Shown here: one piece after another, positions 37,396-47,384 of the stretch | Numbering within the stretch: position 1 is the stretch's first letter | Layout of the letters: each line of letters begins with the position of its first letter | Assembly: GCF_000006765.1 (NCBI RefSeq) | Contig: NC_002516.2 | DNA length: 64,000 bases | Reading direction: 5' to 3' (one strand) | From: Pseudomonas aeruginosa PAO1 | Lineage (GTDB): Bacteria > Pseudomonadota > Gammaproteobacteria > Pseudomonadales > Pseudomonadaceae | The notes under the pieces: model-generated | What the model was told of the DNA's origin: nothing | Databases searched by the model: none | The model's input: the letters and a program-made list of their open reading frames with translations, nothing else | Program-made: the position numbers and the translations under genes

Positions 37396-38601
37396 ATGCC
37401 AACCGCCAGCCGCCATCCCGACACCGCCCTCGCGGTGTTCCTCGCCTTCCTCAAGCTGGGCTGCAGCGCCTTCGGCGGGCCCATCGCCCACCTCGGCTAT
37501 TTCCGCGACGAGTTCGTCCGCCGCCGCGGCTGGCTGAGCGAAAGCAGCTACGCCGACCTGGTCGCCCTCTGCCAGTTCCTTCCCGGCCCCGCCAGCAGCC
37601 AGGTCGGCATGGCCCTCGGCCTGGCCCGCGCCGGCTATCCCGGCGCCCTCGCCGCCTGGCTCGGTTTCACCCTGCCCTCGGCGTTGCTACTGGTGCTCTT
37701 CGCTCTCGGCCTGGGACGCTGGGGCGCGCTGTTGCCCGAGGGCGTGCTGCATGGCCTGAAGATCGCCGCGGTGGCGGTGGTGGCCCAGGCGGTCTGGGGC
37801 ATGGGACGCAGCCTGTGCCCGGATCGCCCGCGCCTGACGCTGATGGCGCTGTCCTGCGCGAGCGTGCTGGCCTGGCCCACTGCCTGGACCCAAGTCGCGG
37901 TGATCGCCGGTGCCGGCCTGGCCGGCCTCGCCCTGTTGAAAACGGAAGCAGTGGAAGGCCACGAGCGGCTGCCGATCGACATTGGCTACCGCGGCGCGCT
38001 GCTGTTCCTCACCCTGTTCGCCGTGCTGCTGGTCTGCCTGCCGCTAGCCGCGCGCCTCTGGCCGGAACACTGGCTGCGCCTGCTCGATGCGTTCTACCGG
38101 GCTGGCTCGCTGGTATTCGGCGGTGGCCATGTGGTGCTGCCGCTGCTGCAGGCGGAAGTGGTACCCAAGGGCTGGGTCGACGGCGATACCTTCCTCGCCG
38201 GCTACGCGGCCGCCCAGGCGGTACCGGGCCCGCTCTTCACCTTCGCCGCGTTCCTCGGCGCAGCCTCGGGCCCGGCGCCGAACGGCTGGAGCGGCGCGCT
38301 GCTGTGCCTGCTGGCGATCTTCCTGCCGTCGTTCCTGCTGGTCGCCGGTGCCTTGCCATTCTGGGAACGCCTGCGCCACGAACGCCGGGTACGGGCAACG
38401 CTGGCCGGGGTCAACGCGGCGGTGGTCGGCCTGCTGCTGGCGGCGCTGTACCAGCCGCTCTGGACCGAAGGCATCCTGCGCCCGGCCGACTTCGCCCTGC
38501 TGCTCTTCGCCCTGCTGGCCCTGCTCGCCTGGAAGACGCCGCCCTGGCAAGTGGTGCTCGCCTGCGCCGTGGCCGGCGGCCTGATCGCCACAGCCGGCTA
38601 G
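37396..38601 (+). CDS. chrA: Long-chain chromate ion transporter (ChrA family, PA4289)
   Basis: ATG after GGAG; [30 protein letters not shown] in two repeats. Confidence 0.88.
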   Translation: MPTASRHPDTALAVFLAFLKLGCSAFGGPIAHLGYFRDEFVRRRGWLSESSYADLVALCQFLPGPASSQVGMALGLARAGYPGALAAWLGFTLPSALLLVLFALGLGRWGALLPEGVLHGLKIAAVAVVAQAVWGMGRSLCPDRPRLTLMALSCASVLAWPTAWTQVAVIAGAGLAGLALLKTEAVEGHERLPIDIGYRGALLFLTLFAVLLVCLPLAARLWPEHWLRLLDAFYRAGSLVFGGGHVVLPLLQAEVVPKGWVDGDTFLAGYAAAQAVPGPLFTFAAFLGAASGPAPNGWSGALLCLLAIFLPSFLLVAGALPFWERLRHERRVRATLAGVNAAVVGLLLAALYQPLWTEGILRPADFALLLFALLALLAWKTPPWQVVLACAVAGGLIATAG

Positions 38602-40214
38602 CCGTTCAAGGCCAGGCTCAGCCCCTGCGCCGTCGGCGCGGCCGCCTTGCCCGGCTCCGCGCCCTCCGGCCGGTAGCCGAGGCGCAGGCCGCCCCAGTGC
38701 TTGCCGTGGACGAAGATCGGCACCGAAAGATCGTGCATCAGCTCGCCGGTGTCACGGGTGTAGGTCTGTAGCAACAGCGGCTGCTGGTGGCTGCCGCAGC
38801 GAATCCCGGTGCGGTCGTTGAACAGGCGCTTGCTGCGGCTGCGCAACGCGTCCGTCTGCGGGTCGCCGCTGGGCGGATGGGCGAAGGCGCGATTGTGGGT
38901 GGGCACGTAGCCTTCGGGGGTACAGGCGATGGCGAATACCAGGTTGCGGTTGCGCTCCAGCAACTGCTCCTGGATGCCCGGCAGGACCTGGTCGGTGTAG
39001 CTGTCGAAGCGGGTCCGGTACTTGGTCGGCTGGGTATTGGGCAACGGCTGGTAGCTGCGGTCGAACAGGTCGTCGAGGTCGATGCGCCCGCTGCGCACGT
39101 CCTCCTCGAAGCGAGCGGCGATAGCCGCCGCGCCCTCCCGGGCGAGGTCGTAGACCGACTGGTGGTAGGCGTCCAGGCTGACCTCGGCGAGGCGCTCGCT
39201 GATCACCTCGGCCTGGTTCTCCAACTGGCTGGCAGCTTCGCCGAGGCGCAGGGTCTGTTCCTCGCTGGCGCTGAGGTCGCCGCGCACCTGCTCGACCGCG
39301 GCGAACAGGCTGGCGAGTTGGCTGCGGTTGATCTCGGCGCCCTGGGCGATCTCGGTAATCTGGCTTTCCACCCCGGCCGCCAGTTCGGCAATGCCTTCCA
39401 GTTGCCGACCGGTCAGCTCGACCTGGCCGACCCCTTCCCCCAACTCTTCGGAAAGCTGGCGGATCTGCTCGACCACCTCGCTGGTCTGGCGCTGGATCTC
39501 GGCGACCATCTGGCCGACTTCCTCGGTGGCCTCGGCGGTACGTCCGGCCAGGCCGCGCACCTCTTCGGCAACCACCGCGAAGCCGCGCCCATGCTCGCCG
39601 GCGCGGGCCGCCTCGATGGCCGCGTTGAGGGCCAGCAGGTTGGTCTGGCTGGCGATGCCCTGGATCACCAGGGTGACCCGCTGGATGTCCTCGCTGCGCT
39701 GGTTCAGCGCCTCGATCGCCTCGCGGCTGGCGCCCATCCGCTCGCTGAGCCGATGCATGCGCTCGATGGTCGAGGCCAGCAGCACCTGGCCTTCGTCGCT
39801 GCCGGCGCGCGCCCGGGTGGCGGCGTCCATGGCCTGGCGCGCCAGATTGGAGGTGGCGCGCTCGGTGTGGATCATCACTTCGGCGCTGCCGACGATCTGT
39901 TCGGCGGCGTCGAGCTGGGATTGCAGCTTCTCCGCCAGGCGCTTCACCGAGAACGCCACGCCGGCGGCCGACAAGGCGTTCTGGCTGGTGTTATGGGACA
40001 GGTCGCGAGCCAGCCGGGCGATGTCGGGCTCGCCGACGGTCGCCACCGCCGTGCGGTTGCCGGGAAGCAGCCAGGGCAACCAGAGCAGCGCCACGCCGAG
40101 CGGCAGGGCCAGGTACAGCGGCAGCCAGCCATGCCGGGCGCCGACCAGCAGGAGAACCAGGGCCAGGCTCTGCAACAGGCAGACGAAGAGGATGCGGGAA
40201 CGAGCGGGCTGCAT
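38598..40214 (-). CDS. Methyl-accepting chemotaxis protein with C-terminal extra domain (PA4290)
   Basis: N-terminal hydrophobic hairpin; [27 protein letters not shown]; ~170-aa tail after the signalling domain. Confidence 0.9.
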   Translation of the reverse strand: MQPARSRILFVCLLQSLALVLLLVGARHGWLPLYLALPLGVALLWLPWLLPGNRTAVATVGEPDIARLARDLSHNTSQNALSAAGVAFSVKRLAEKLQSQLDAAEQIVGSAEVMIHTERATSNLARQAMDAATRARAGSDEGQVLLASTIERMHRLSERMGASREAIEALNQRSEDIQRVTLVIQGIASQTNLLALNAAIEAARAGEHGRGFAVVAEEVRGLAGRTAEATEEVGQMVAEIQRQTSEVVEQIRQLSEELGEGVGQVELTGRQLEGIAELAAGVESQITEIAQGAEINRSQLASLFAAVEQVRGDLSASEEQTLRLGEAASQLENQAEVISERLAEVSLDAYHQSVYDLAREGAAAIAARFEEDVRSGRIDLDDLFDRSYQPLPNTQPTKYRTRFDSYTDQVLPGIQEQLLERNRNLVFAIACTPEGYVPTHNRAFAHPPSGDPQTDALRSRSKRLFNDRTGIRCGSHQQPLLLQTYTRDTGELMHDLSVPIFVHGKHWGGLRLGYRPEGAEPGKAAAPTAQGLSLALNG

Positions 40215-40501
40215 GAGTAAATCTCCGGCCTCCGGGGCGTTGCGTCATGACCCTGGGGTCGGACGGGCGACGGCGGGGCTTCTTTATTTGACTTGTAGTC
40301 CGGTTTGTAGCCCGCCCCCGGAAGCGCCGCCATCGTTCCTTAGTGGTATGGCCAATGGCTGGCATTCGACTAGCGCAGGCCGCGACGAAAGGCGGAGAAC
40401 ACCCCGGACGCGTCGGCCAGGCCTTGATCCATGGGGGCTTCGCCGCATTTCCAGGGGTCGCTCGAAGAATTTCCGTCCTGCCGTCCGTCGGCCGACACCG
40501 T

Positions 40502-40529
40502 ATGACAAGCCCGGAGCCCACGTTATAAT
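40502..40529 (+). promoter_or_regulatory. sigma70-type promoter for the small ORF at 40648
   Basis: ATGACA-16-TATAAT. Confidence 0.55.
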
Positions 40530-40647
40530 TCCGCGCCCATTTACAGCCGGTAGCGGTCGACTAGACTCCCAACCGGCGCTGGCCGGACCCCGCTTCCGCC
40601 CAGCCTGGTCGCTATCGGGCCCGCTCTTTTTGGACTCAGGACCACCC

Positions 40648-40899
40648 GTGACGAAAGACGAATTGCGTGCCGCGCTGGCGCGCGAGGAACAGCGTTACAA
40701 GGACGTGTACGGCGGCGAAGTGACGCTTTATGCCGCCCAGCCGGAACCCGACCGCAAGCCCTGGCGCAAACGCCCAACCGTTCAGGAGCAGGCGTTCGAC
40801 AGAGAACTGCAGAAGATCGAAGAAGAGCGTCTCAAGGCCGGGCAGGAAGCAGCGAACCCCATTCCATTTACCTCCAACCGACAGGAGAGCGACGGATAA
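40648..40899 (+). CDS. Small charged conserved protein, 83 aa (core of PA4291)
   Basis: GTG after AGGA; MTKDELRAALAREEQRYKDVYGGEVTLY...; protein-like composition, unlike the upstream part of the 523-aa track ORF. Confidence 0.7.
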   Translation: MTKDELRAALAREEQRYKDVYGGEVTLYAAQPEPDRKPWRKRPTVQEQAFDRELQKIEEERLKAGQEAANPIPFTSNRQESDG

Positions 40900-41042
40900 C
40901 GAAGCGTTTCAATCTGTTTCGTTTTTCCCGCAAAGCCCGATGCGACGGGGCGTTGCCCGCGACAATGGCAACCTTCCGGAGTTCCAGACGGATAAAAACG
41001 CATCTGGCATAATCGCCGCCCCGTCTCTGACCGGTTTCTCAC

Positions 41043-42512
41043 ATGTTCGATCTTTTCAGCGGGCTCGATGCCTGGGTGGGTATCAGCCTGGTGCTGGCCC
41101 TGGCCTTCGTCCTCACCTTCGAGTTCATCAACGGCTTCCACGACACTGCCAACGCGGTGGCCACCGTCATCTACACCAAAGCGATGTCCCCCTACCGGGC
41201 GGTGATGCTCTCCGGTGTGTTCAACTTCCTCGGCGTGCTGCTCGGCGGTGTCGGTGTAGCCTACGCCATCGTTCACCTGCTGCCGGTGGAGCTGCTGATC
41301 AACGTGAACACCGGCCATGGTCTGGCGATGGTCTTCTCCCTGCTCGCCGCCGCCATCGCCTGGAACCTCGGCACCTGGTACTTCGGCATCCCGGCCTCCA
41401 GCTCGCACACCCTGATCGGCTCGATCCTCGGCGTCGGCCTGGCCAATGCGCTGATCACCGACGTGCCGCTGGCCGAAGGGATCAACTGGCAGAAGGCGAT
41501 CGACATCGGCCTGTCGCTGATCTTCTCGCCGCTGGCCGGCTTCATGGTCGCCGCGTTGGTCCTGCTCGGACTGAAATGGTGGCGTCCGCTGTCGAAGATG
41601 CACAAAACCCCGGAAACCCGTCGCGAACTCGACGAGAAGAAGCACCCGCCGTTCTGGAACCGCCTGGTGCTGGTGCTTTCCGCCATGGCGGTAAGCTTCG
41701 TCCATGGCTCCAACGACGGCCAGAAGGGTATCGGCCTGATCATGCTGGTACTGATCGGCATCGTCCCGGCCAAGTTCGTCCTCGACCTGAACAGCACCAC
41801 CTACCAGATCGAGCGCACCCGCGACGCCGCCCTGCACCTCAGTCAGTTCTACCAGCGCCACACCGATACCCTCGGCGACATGCTGGCCCTGGGCAAGAGC
41901 AATGGCAGCGAGATGCCGCAGTTCTACCGCTGCGATCCGAAACAGACCGAGCCGACCATCAACGCGCTGCTCCGCGACCTGCGCGGCGTGCCCAGCTACA
42001 ACGACCTGGACGCCGACGAGCGCGTGCAGGTGCGTCGCTACCTGCTGTGCCTGGACGACACCGCGAAGAAGGTCGGCAAGCTGTCCGACCTGCCGGCGCG
42101 GGAGAAGGCCGACCTCGAGAAGCTACGCAAGGACCTGACCGCGACCACCGAATACGCGCCGTTCTGGGTCATCATCGCGGTGGCCCTGGCTCTCGGCATC
42201 GGCACCATGGTCGGCTGGAAGCGCGTAGTGCTCACCGTCGGCGAGAAGATCGGCAAGCAGGGCATGACCTACGCCCAGGGCATGAGCGCGCAGATCACCG
42301 CCGCCGCCGCCATCGGCATGGCCAACATCTACAGCCTGCCGGTGTCCACCACCCATGTACTGTCCTCCGGCGTGGCCGGGACCATGGTGGCGAACAAAAG
42401 CGGCCTGCACGGCGGCACCGTGCGCAACATCCTGATGGCCTGGGTGCTCACCCTGCCGACTTCGATGGCGCTGTCCGCCGGCCTGTTCTGGCTGGCCTCG
42501 CAATTCATCTGA
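41043..42512 (+). CDS. PiT-family inorganic phosphate transporter (PA4292)
   Basis: GFHDTANAVAT and HGSNDGQKGIG signature motifs, PVSTTH. Confidence 0.93.
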   Translation: MFDLFSGLDAWVGISLVLALAFVLTFEFINGFHDTANAVATVIYTKAMSPYRAVMLSGVFNFLGVLLGGVGVAYAIVHLLPVELLINVNTGHGLAMVFSLLAAAIAWNLGTWYFGIPASSSHTLIGSILGVGLANALITDVPLAEGINWQKAIDIGLSLIFSPLAGFMVAALVLLGLKWWRPLSKMHKTPETRRELDEKKHPPFWNRLVLVLSAMAVSFVHGSNDGQKGIGLIMLVLIGIVPAKFVLDLNSTTYQIERTRDAALHLSQFYQRHTDTLGDMLALGKSNGSEMPQFYRCDPKQTEPTINALLRDLRGVPSYNDLDADERVQVRRYLLCLDDTAKKVGKLSDLPAREKADLEKLRKDLTATTEYAPFWVIIAVALALGIGTMVGWKRVVLTVGEKIGKQGMTYAQGMSAQITAAAAIGMANIYSLPVSTTHVLSSGVAGTMVANKSGLHGGTVRNILMAWVLTLPTSMALSAGLFWLASQFI

Positions 42513-42528
42513 GCCGCCTCGCCGGTTG

Positions 42529-42561
42529 AAAAAACGCCTGCTTGTCCGCAGGCGTTTTTTT
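42529..42561. terminator. Bidirectional terminator between PiT and pprA
   Basis: AAAAAACGCCTGC-N6-GCAGGCGTTTTTTT. Confidence 0.9.
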
Positions 42562-42579
42562 GCCGCGCTCCCACCGACG

Positions 42580-45348
42580 TCATCCGCCCGCCTCGGCGGG
42601 CGCCGCCAGCGGCAAGCGAACCACGAACAACGCACCCTCCCCCTGGTTGGCCGCCGTCAGGCTACCGCCCATGTTGCGCACCAGATCGTGGCTGACCGAG
42701 AGACCCAGGCCGGTACCCTTGCCCTCCGCCTTGGTGGTGAAGAAGGGTTCGAATATCCGCTCCAGCAGGAGCGGTTCTATCCCGCCGCCGTTGTCGTGCA
42801 CGTGCAATTCGACCCAGCCCGGTTCGCGGCAGGCCACCTGCTCCAGGCGAACGCGCCGGCTGGCCAGGCCGGGATTGCCGAGCAGGGCATCGCGGGCGTT
42901 GGCGAGCAGGTTGATGATCACCTGCTCCAACTGGTCCGCCTGCCCTCGCACCACCATCCGCTGCGTCGGCGCCGGGCACTCTACCTCGATGGCGTGCTGA
43001 CGCAGCCCCTCGCCGAGCAGGCCCAGGGCGCCTTCGAAGGCGGCATAGGGGTCGAACGGCAGCGCCTCCAGCGCCGACTTGCGGCTGAACACGCCGAGGT
43101 GACTGACCAGGCGGTCGACGCGCAGGACCTGGGCATCCATGCGCTCCAGTTTCTCGCCCAGGTAGTCGCCGTCGAGGCCGACGCTGTTCATCCGCTGGCG
43201 CATGTTGAACAGGGTCATGCGCAGCACGTGCAGCGGCTGCTTCACCTCGTGGGCGAGGCCGCTGACCATCTCCCCCAGGCTGGCCATCTTGGCGCCTTGC
43301 GCCAGTTGCTGCTGGGCCCGACGCACCGGCGTGTTGTCGCGTCCCACCGCCTGTACCTCGCACAATTCGCCCCGGGCGTCGAACAACGGTCGCTCGGCCC
43401 ACACCAGCCAGAGAAAACGTTGCCCCGGCAGGTTGAAGCGCAGTTCCGGCACCTCGCTGGCGCCCTCCCGCGGCGAACCCAGCAGACGCGCGCGCAAGGC
43501 GCTGGCGTCTTCCGCCGCCAGCCACTCGTCGAGCCGGCGACCGACCAGGCGCTCCGGGCTGGTCGCGAGGCTATCGGCGAAGGTCCGGTTCACGTAGGTC
43601 AGCACCAGGTCGGCGGTATAGCGACAGATCAGCGCCGGCGAATCCTCCACCAGGACCCGGTAGCGTTCCTCGCTCTCGGCGATACGCTGTGCCGCCAGGT
43701 GCTGCTCGGTCACGTCCAGCCACAGGCCCACCGCCTCGCTGGGCAGGCCCTGGGCATCGCGCAGCAGCTTGGCTTCGTCGTAGAGCCAGTGCCAGTTGCC
43801 CTGGCCATCGGCGAGGCGATAGCGGGTCTTCACCCGGCCTTCGCGAAGCAGCTCGCGGCCGCGGGCGAAAAAGGCCTCCAGATCATCCGGATGCACCCGC
43901 TCGGCGAGCGCCTGCCAACTCTGTCCCTGCAGGTCGAGGCCGAGCAGGTTGCTCGCGCTTTCGCTGTAGAACTCCGGCACCAGGTGCCCCTGCTCGACCC
44001 GCTGGACATAGATCACCACCGGCGCACTGTCGATCAGGCTGCGCAACCGCGCGTGGGCCGCCTGTGCCCGTTCCTCCTGGCGCCGGCCTTCGCTGATGTC
44101 GAGCAGCACGCCGGACAGCCCCAGGGCACTGCCGCGTCCCAGCGGCCGGCCCTCGATGCGCAGCCAGCGGCGCTCGCCGCGGCTATCCGGCTGACGCAGG
44201 CAAAGGTCCTGGGCCAGCGCCTGGCCGCTGCGCAGGCTGGCACGCAGGCGCAGGCCGAGCTCGTCGGCGTCCGCCGGTTGCAGCAGGCCCTGCAGGTGTT
44301 CCAGCGGCACCCGACGATACTCGCCGGTCAACCCCAGGCTGTCGTGCAAGGCCGGCGCCAGTTCGAAGAGTTCCTGCTCCGCCCAGTAACGCCACCAGCC
44401 GCCGCCGATCATCTCCTGCAACAGCCCCAGCTTGCGCGAACTGTCGTGCTGCTCGTGGAGCTCGCAGCGGTCCGCCACCTGGTTCGCCAGCAGTTCCGCG
44501 AGGTATTGCCAGTCCTGCGGCGCGGGCCCCTGGGCGAGCTGCTCCAGCGACATCGGCCGGACCAGCAACGCCCCCAGGCGGCCACCGCGCATCGTCGCCG
44601 GCACCAGGTAGAGCGCGTCCTCGCCAATCTGCCGGAGCAGCGTCGAGGCGCCTTCGCCACGGCGTAGCAAGCGCGCGCCCGCCCCTTCACGCAGATCGTC
44701 GTCGGCGAGTTGCAGGGGCGGTCGCAGCAAACTGTCACTGCCAGGCCGCACATGACTGGCGAAGACCGTGCAGAAGCCCTTGCCGTCGCCCAGCAGCAGG
44801 GCGATAGCCTGCATCTGGAACGCGCCGGAGAGCGATTCGAGAATCTCCTGGACCGCCTCCGCCAGGTGCCCGTGGGAGACATGGCGCAGACGCGAAAGGA
44901 TCAGCTTGCCCAGGCTCAGGCTCTGCAACTGGTGCTGCTGGCTGTCGGACTGCCAGTTGAGGTCGGAGATGTCCATGCCCAACAGCAGCGAGCGTCCCAG
45001 GCCGTCGAGCGGCTGCATCGGCTGGAAACGACAGGTCAATGGCGCGGCGGCATCGCTGCGCAGCGTCAGGTCGAGACGCTCGCCCCGGCGCAGGCCGGCC
45101 AGCGTCGGGGCACCGGGGGCGCGCCGCTCCAGATACTCGGCGAAAGGCCGCGGCTGTTCGCCAAGCCCATGGGCGCACTGCAGACGATACGCCTGCCGCC
45201 CGCCGACCCGGATCACGCGGTCCTGTTCGTCCATCTCGAAGCACAGGTCCCAACTCCTCAGCGAAGCGCTCCAGAGGGCGGGGCCTTCCTGCGAAAAGGG
45301 TTCCGGCCTCTCGGCCTCGGCGGACGACGAGCGGGAAAATTCGAACAT
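42580..45348 (-). CDS. pprA: Sensor histidine kinase PprA
   Basis: GAF/PAS-like domains (RVHPDD, WLYDEA), H-box LAHEVKQPL, NLLANARDA, DNGGGI, GTGLGL. Confidence 0.93.
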   Translation of the reverse strand: MFEFSRSSSAEAERPEPFSQEGPALWSASLRSWDLCFEMDEQDRVIRVGGRQAYRLQCAHGLGEQPRPFAEYLERRAPGAPTLAGLRRGERLDLTLRSDAAAPLTCRFQPMQPLDGLGRSLLLGMDISDLNWQSDSQQHQLQSLSLGKLILSRLRHVSHGHLAEAVQEILESLSGAFQMQAIALLLGDGKGFCTVFASHVRPGSDSLLRPPLQLADDDLREGAGARLLRRGEGASTLLRQIGEDALYLVPATMRGGRLGALLVRPMSLEQLAQGPAPQDWQYLAELLANQVADRCELHEQHDSSRKLGLLQEMIGGGWWRYWAEQELFELAPALHDSLGLTGEYRRVPLEHLQGLLQPADADELGLRLRASLRSGQALAQDLCLRQPDSRGERRWLRIEGRPLGRGSALGLSGVLLDISEGRRQEERAQAAHARLRSLIDSAPVVIYVQRVEQGHLVPEFYSESASNLLGLDLQGQSWQALAERVHPDDLEAFFARGRELLREGRVKTRYRLADGQGNWHWLYDEAKLLRDAQGLPSEAVGLWLDVTEQHLAAQRIAESEERYRVLVEDSPALICRYTADLVLTYVNRTFADSLATSPERLVGRRLDEWLAAEDASALRARLLGSPREGASEVPELRFNLPGQRFLWLVWAERPLFDARGELCEVQAVGRDNTPVRRAQQQLAQGAKMASLGEMVSGLAHEVKQPLHVLRMTLFNMRQRMNSVGLDGDYLGEKLERMDAQVLRVDRLVSHLGVFSRKSALEALPFDPYAAFEGALGLLGEGLRQHAIEVECPAPTQRMVVRGQADQLEQVIINLLANARDALLGNPGLASRRVRLEQVACREPGWVELHVHDNGGGIEPLLLERIFEPFFTTKAEGKGTGLGLSVSHDLVRNMGGSLTAANQGEGALFVVRLPLAAPAEAGG

Positions 45349-45357
45349 GCGACCACC

Positions 45358-45864
45358 TCACAGCAACAGGTTGGCACTCGCCTTCAGCGTCTGCGGCAGG
45401 TTGGGAATCGCGCCGATGCCGGGGAAGCTCAGCACGGGGATGATCGCCTTGCCCGGATCGCCGTACGGGTACTGCACGCAGACCTCGATCCGCGACGTGG
45501 CGCTGACGTAGTCGGCGTACTGGCCATTACCGGCACAAGGCTGGAGGTTCGCTCGCCAGGCCGCCGGCATCCAGTCCAGGCGTGCGAGCAACTCGTCCCT
45601 GGCACGGGCTTCGGCGAGGCTCTCGTAGCCCGCATCGGAGGGATCGACAGCGATCGCCGCACGGGCCCCCACGGCAGCGGCATCGTTGAACGACTGCAGC
45701 ATGAGCAAAGGAATGCTGTAGCTGATCAGGCCGTAGACCAGCGCGAAAAACAGCAGGAAGATCGCTGTGAATTCGATGGCGACGGCGCCGTGCTGGCGTC
45801 GCCGGAAAGCTTTTCCGAGCATGAGCTGACATCCCCGATCCGCATCCTTAATACTAGTCGTCAT
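45358..45864 (-). CDS. tadF: TadE/TadF-like pseudopilin (PA4294); alternative start 45822
   Basis: Prepilin motif RQHG|AVAIEF followed by a hydrophobic helix. Confidence 0.85.
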   Translation of the reverse strand: MTTSIKDADRGCQLMLGKAFRRRQHGAVAIEFTAIFLLFFALVYGLISYSIPLLMLQSFNDAAAVGARAAIAVDPSDAGYESLAEARARDELLARLDWMPAAWRANLQPCAGNGQYADYVSATSRIEVCVQYPYGDPGKAIIPVLSFPGIGAIPNLPQTLKASANLLL

Positions 45865-45927
45865 TCGCTCCGCCAACGTTACTGAAAAGGTATTAATCCA
45901 GATGTCGAAAAAAGGCTGAAGAACAGG

Positions 45928-46410
45928 ATGGAGCAATTAGCACTGGCCTTGTGGGCAAGCGTTTGCGGATATCAGGACATCAAACGTTTGCGCGTCTCCA
46001 ACTGGCTTATCCTGGGCGGATTTCTTATTTCCTTTGTTTATTTATATGTGAAAGAGTCAAGCCTGACCGGCGCTACGGTTAATATGGCAATGACCGCACT
46101 TTTTATAGGCGTCTGCCTCAGCCTTCCCGGCTACCTTCTCGGCAGGCTCGGCGCTGCCGACGTCAAGTACCTGGCCGCACTGGGGCTGGCCAGCGACCCA
46201 CTTACGGTGCTCTATAGCCTGGCCTTCGGCTGCCTGCTGTGCATCGCGCTATTCATCCTCGTAAAGTTATTCAAACGTTCGGTAGAAAAGTCCGCAATGA
46301 ATGAAGAAGTTCGCCTTCGAAGGGCACCGTCAAAAAACAAGTCATTCCCTTTTATATTCGCCATGGGCGCCGGCCTTTTGGCACATCTGATTATCAATAA
46401 AATTATCTGA
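45928..46410 (+). CDS. fppA: Flp prepilin peptidase (short A24 family)
   Basis: 160 aa; catalytic-type aspartates in YQDIK and GAADVKY. Confidence 0.9.
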   Translation: MEQLALALWASVCGYQDIKRLRVSNWLILGGFLISFVYLYVKESSLTGATVNMAMTALFIGVCLSLPGYLLGRLGAADVKYLAALGLASDPLTVLYSLAFGCLLCIALFILVKLFKRSVEKSAMNEEVRLRRAPSKNKSFPFIFAMGAGLLAHLIINKII

Positions 46411-46439
46411 GCAAACTTGCGGAAAACCTCACTTAGCGA

Positions 46440-46460
46440 CTATATGCTTATGGCTAATAC
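46440..46460 (+). promoter_or_regulatory. pprB promoter: RpoS-like -10 plus PprB-box-like element
   Basis: CTATATG (46440-46446), then GGCTAATAC (46452-46460) over the expected +1; motif assignment is from recalled literature. Confidence 0.6.
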
Positions 46461-46531
46461 CATTCGGTATGGCTGCATTCCAATGCACGTCCCCTGTTAA
46501 AAAACAAAATAAGCAAATGGAGCGTATGACC

Positions 46532-47359
46532 ATGGACAAACCGGCCTCGCGGCATTTCAGCGTCTTGATCATCGATGATGAACCCCAGGTGACCTCGGAA
46601 CTCCGCGAACTGCTGGAAAACAGTGGCTACCGTTGCGTAACCAGCACCCACCGGGAGTCGGCGATCGCCAGCTTCCAGGCCGACCCGAACATCGGCCTGG
46701 TCATCTGCGACCTCTACCTGGGCCAGGACAACGGTATCCGCCTGATCGAGAGCCTCAAGGAAGTCGCCGGCAACGGCAGGTTCTTCGAATCGATCATCCT
46801 CACCGGTCACGATGGCCGCCAGGAAGTGATCGAGGCCATGCGGGTCGGCGCCGCCGACTACTACCAGAAACCGGTGGCGCCGCAGGAACTGCTGCATGGC
46901 CTCGAACGCCTGGAGAGCCGCCTGCACGAGCGCGTCCGCAGCCAGTTGAGCCTGAGCCACGTCAACCAGCGCCTGGAATACCTCGCCGAATCGCTGAACT
47001 CGATCTACCGCGACATCCACAAGATCAAGTACGAGGTACACGGCAACAGCCAGCCGAGCGCCCTCAGGAGCGAAGACAGCCAGCCGTCCGCGCCGCCGGC
47101 GCCGGTCGCGGAAAGCCAGGTGTCCCCGAGCAATCCGCTGTTCGGCAAGCTGTCGCCCCGCCAGCAGGCGGTGGCGCGGCTGGTGAGCAAGGGCCTGACC
47201 AACTACCAGATAGCCTACGAGCTGGGCATCACCGAGAACACGGTGAAGCTGTACGTCTCCCAGGTGCTGCGCCTGATGCATATGCACAACCGCACCCAGT
47301 TGGCGCTGGCCCTGTCGCCTGCGGCGATGCAGCAGGGCAGCGGAGCGGTGGTGCACTGA
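46532..47359 (+). CDS. pprB: Response regulator PprB (REC + LuxR HTH)
   Basis: IIDDEP, ICDLYL, YQKP; C-terminal LSPRQQAVARLVSKGLTNYQIAYELGITENTVK. Confidence 0.94.
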   Translation: MDKPASRHFSVLIIDDEPQVTSELRELLENSGYRCVTSTHRESAIASFQADPNIGLVICDLYLGQDNGIRLIESLKEVAGNGRFFESIILTGHDGRQEVIEAMRVGAADYYQKPVAPQELLHGLERLESRLHERVRSQLSLSHVNQRLEYLAESLNSIYRDIHKIKYEVHGNSQPSALRSEDSQPSAPPAPVAESQVSPSNPLFGKLSPRQQAVARLVSKGLTNYQIAYELGITENTVKLYVSQVLRLMHMHNRTQLALALSPAAMQQGSGAVVH

Positions 47360-47384
47360 CAGGCGCGATGGCCCGGCGGGCCTG

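Noticed and set aside
39328-40647. 523-aa plus-strand ORF overlapping the chemoreceptor
   Set aside because: The N-terminal ~440 aa is antisense shadow and spacer; only the last 83 codons have a promoter, SD and protein-like composition.
43225-43270. Unusual PprA H-box HEVKQPL
   Set aside because: K at H+3 and Q at H+4 each occur in ordinary HisKA kinases, so this is not evidence of a pseudo-kinase.
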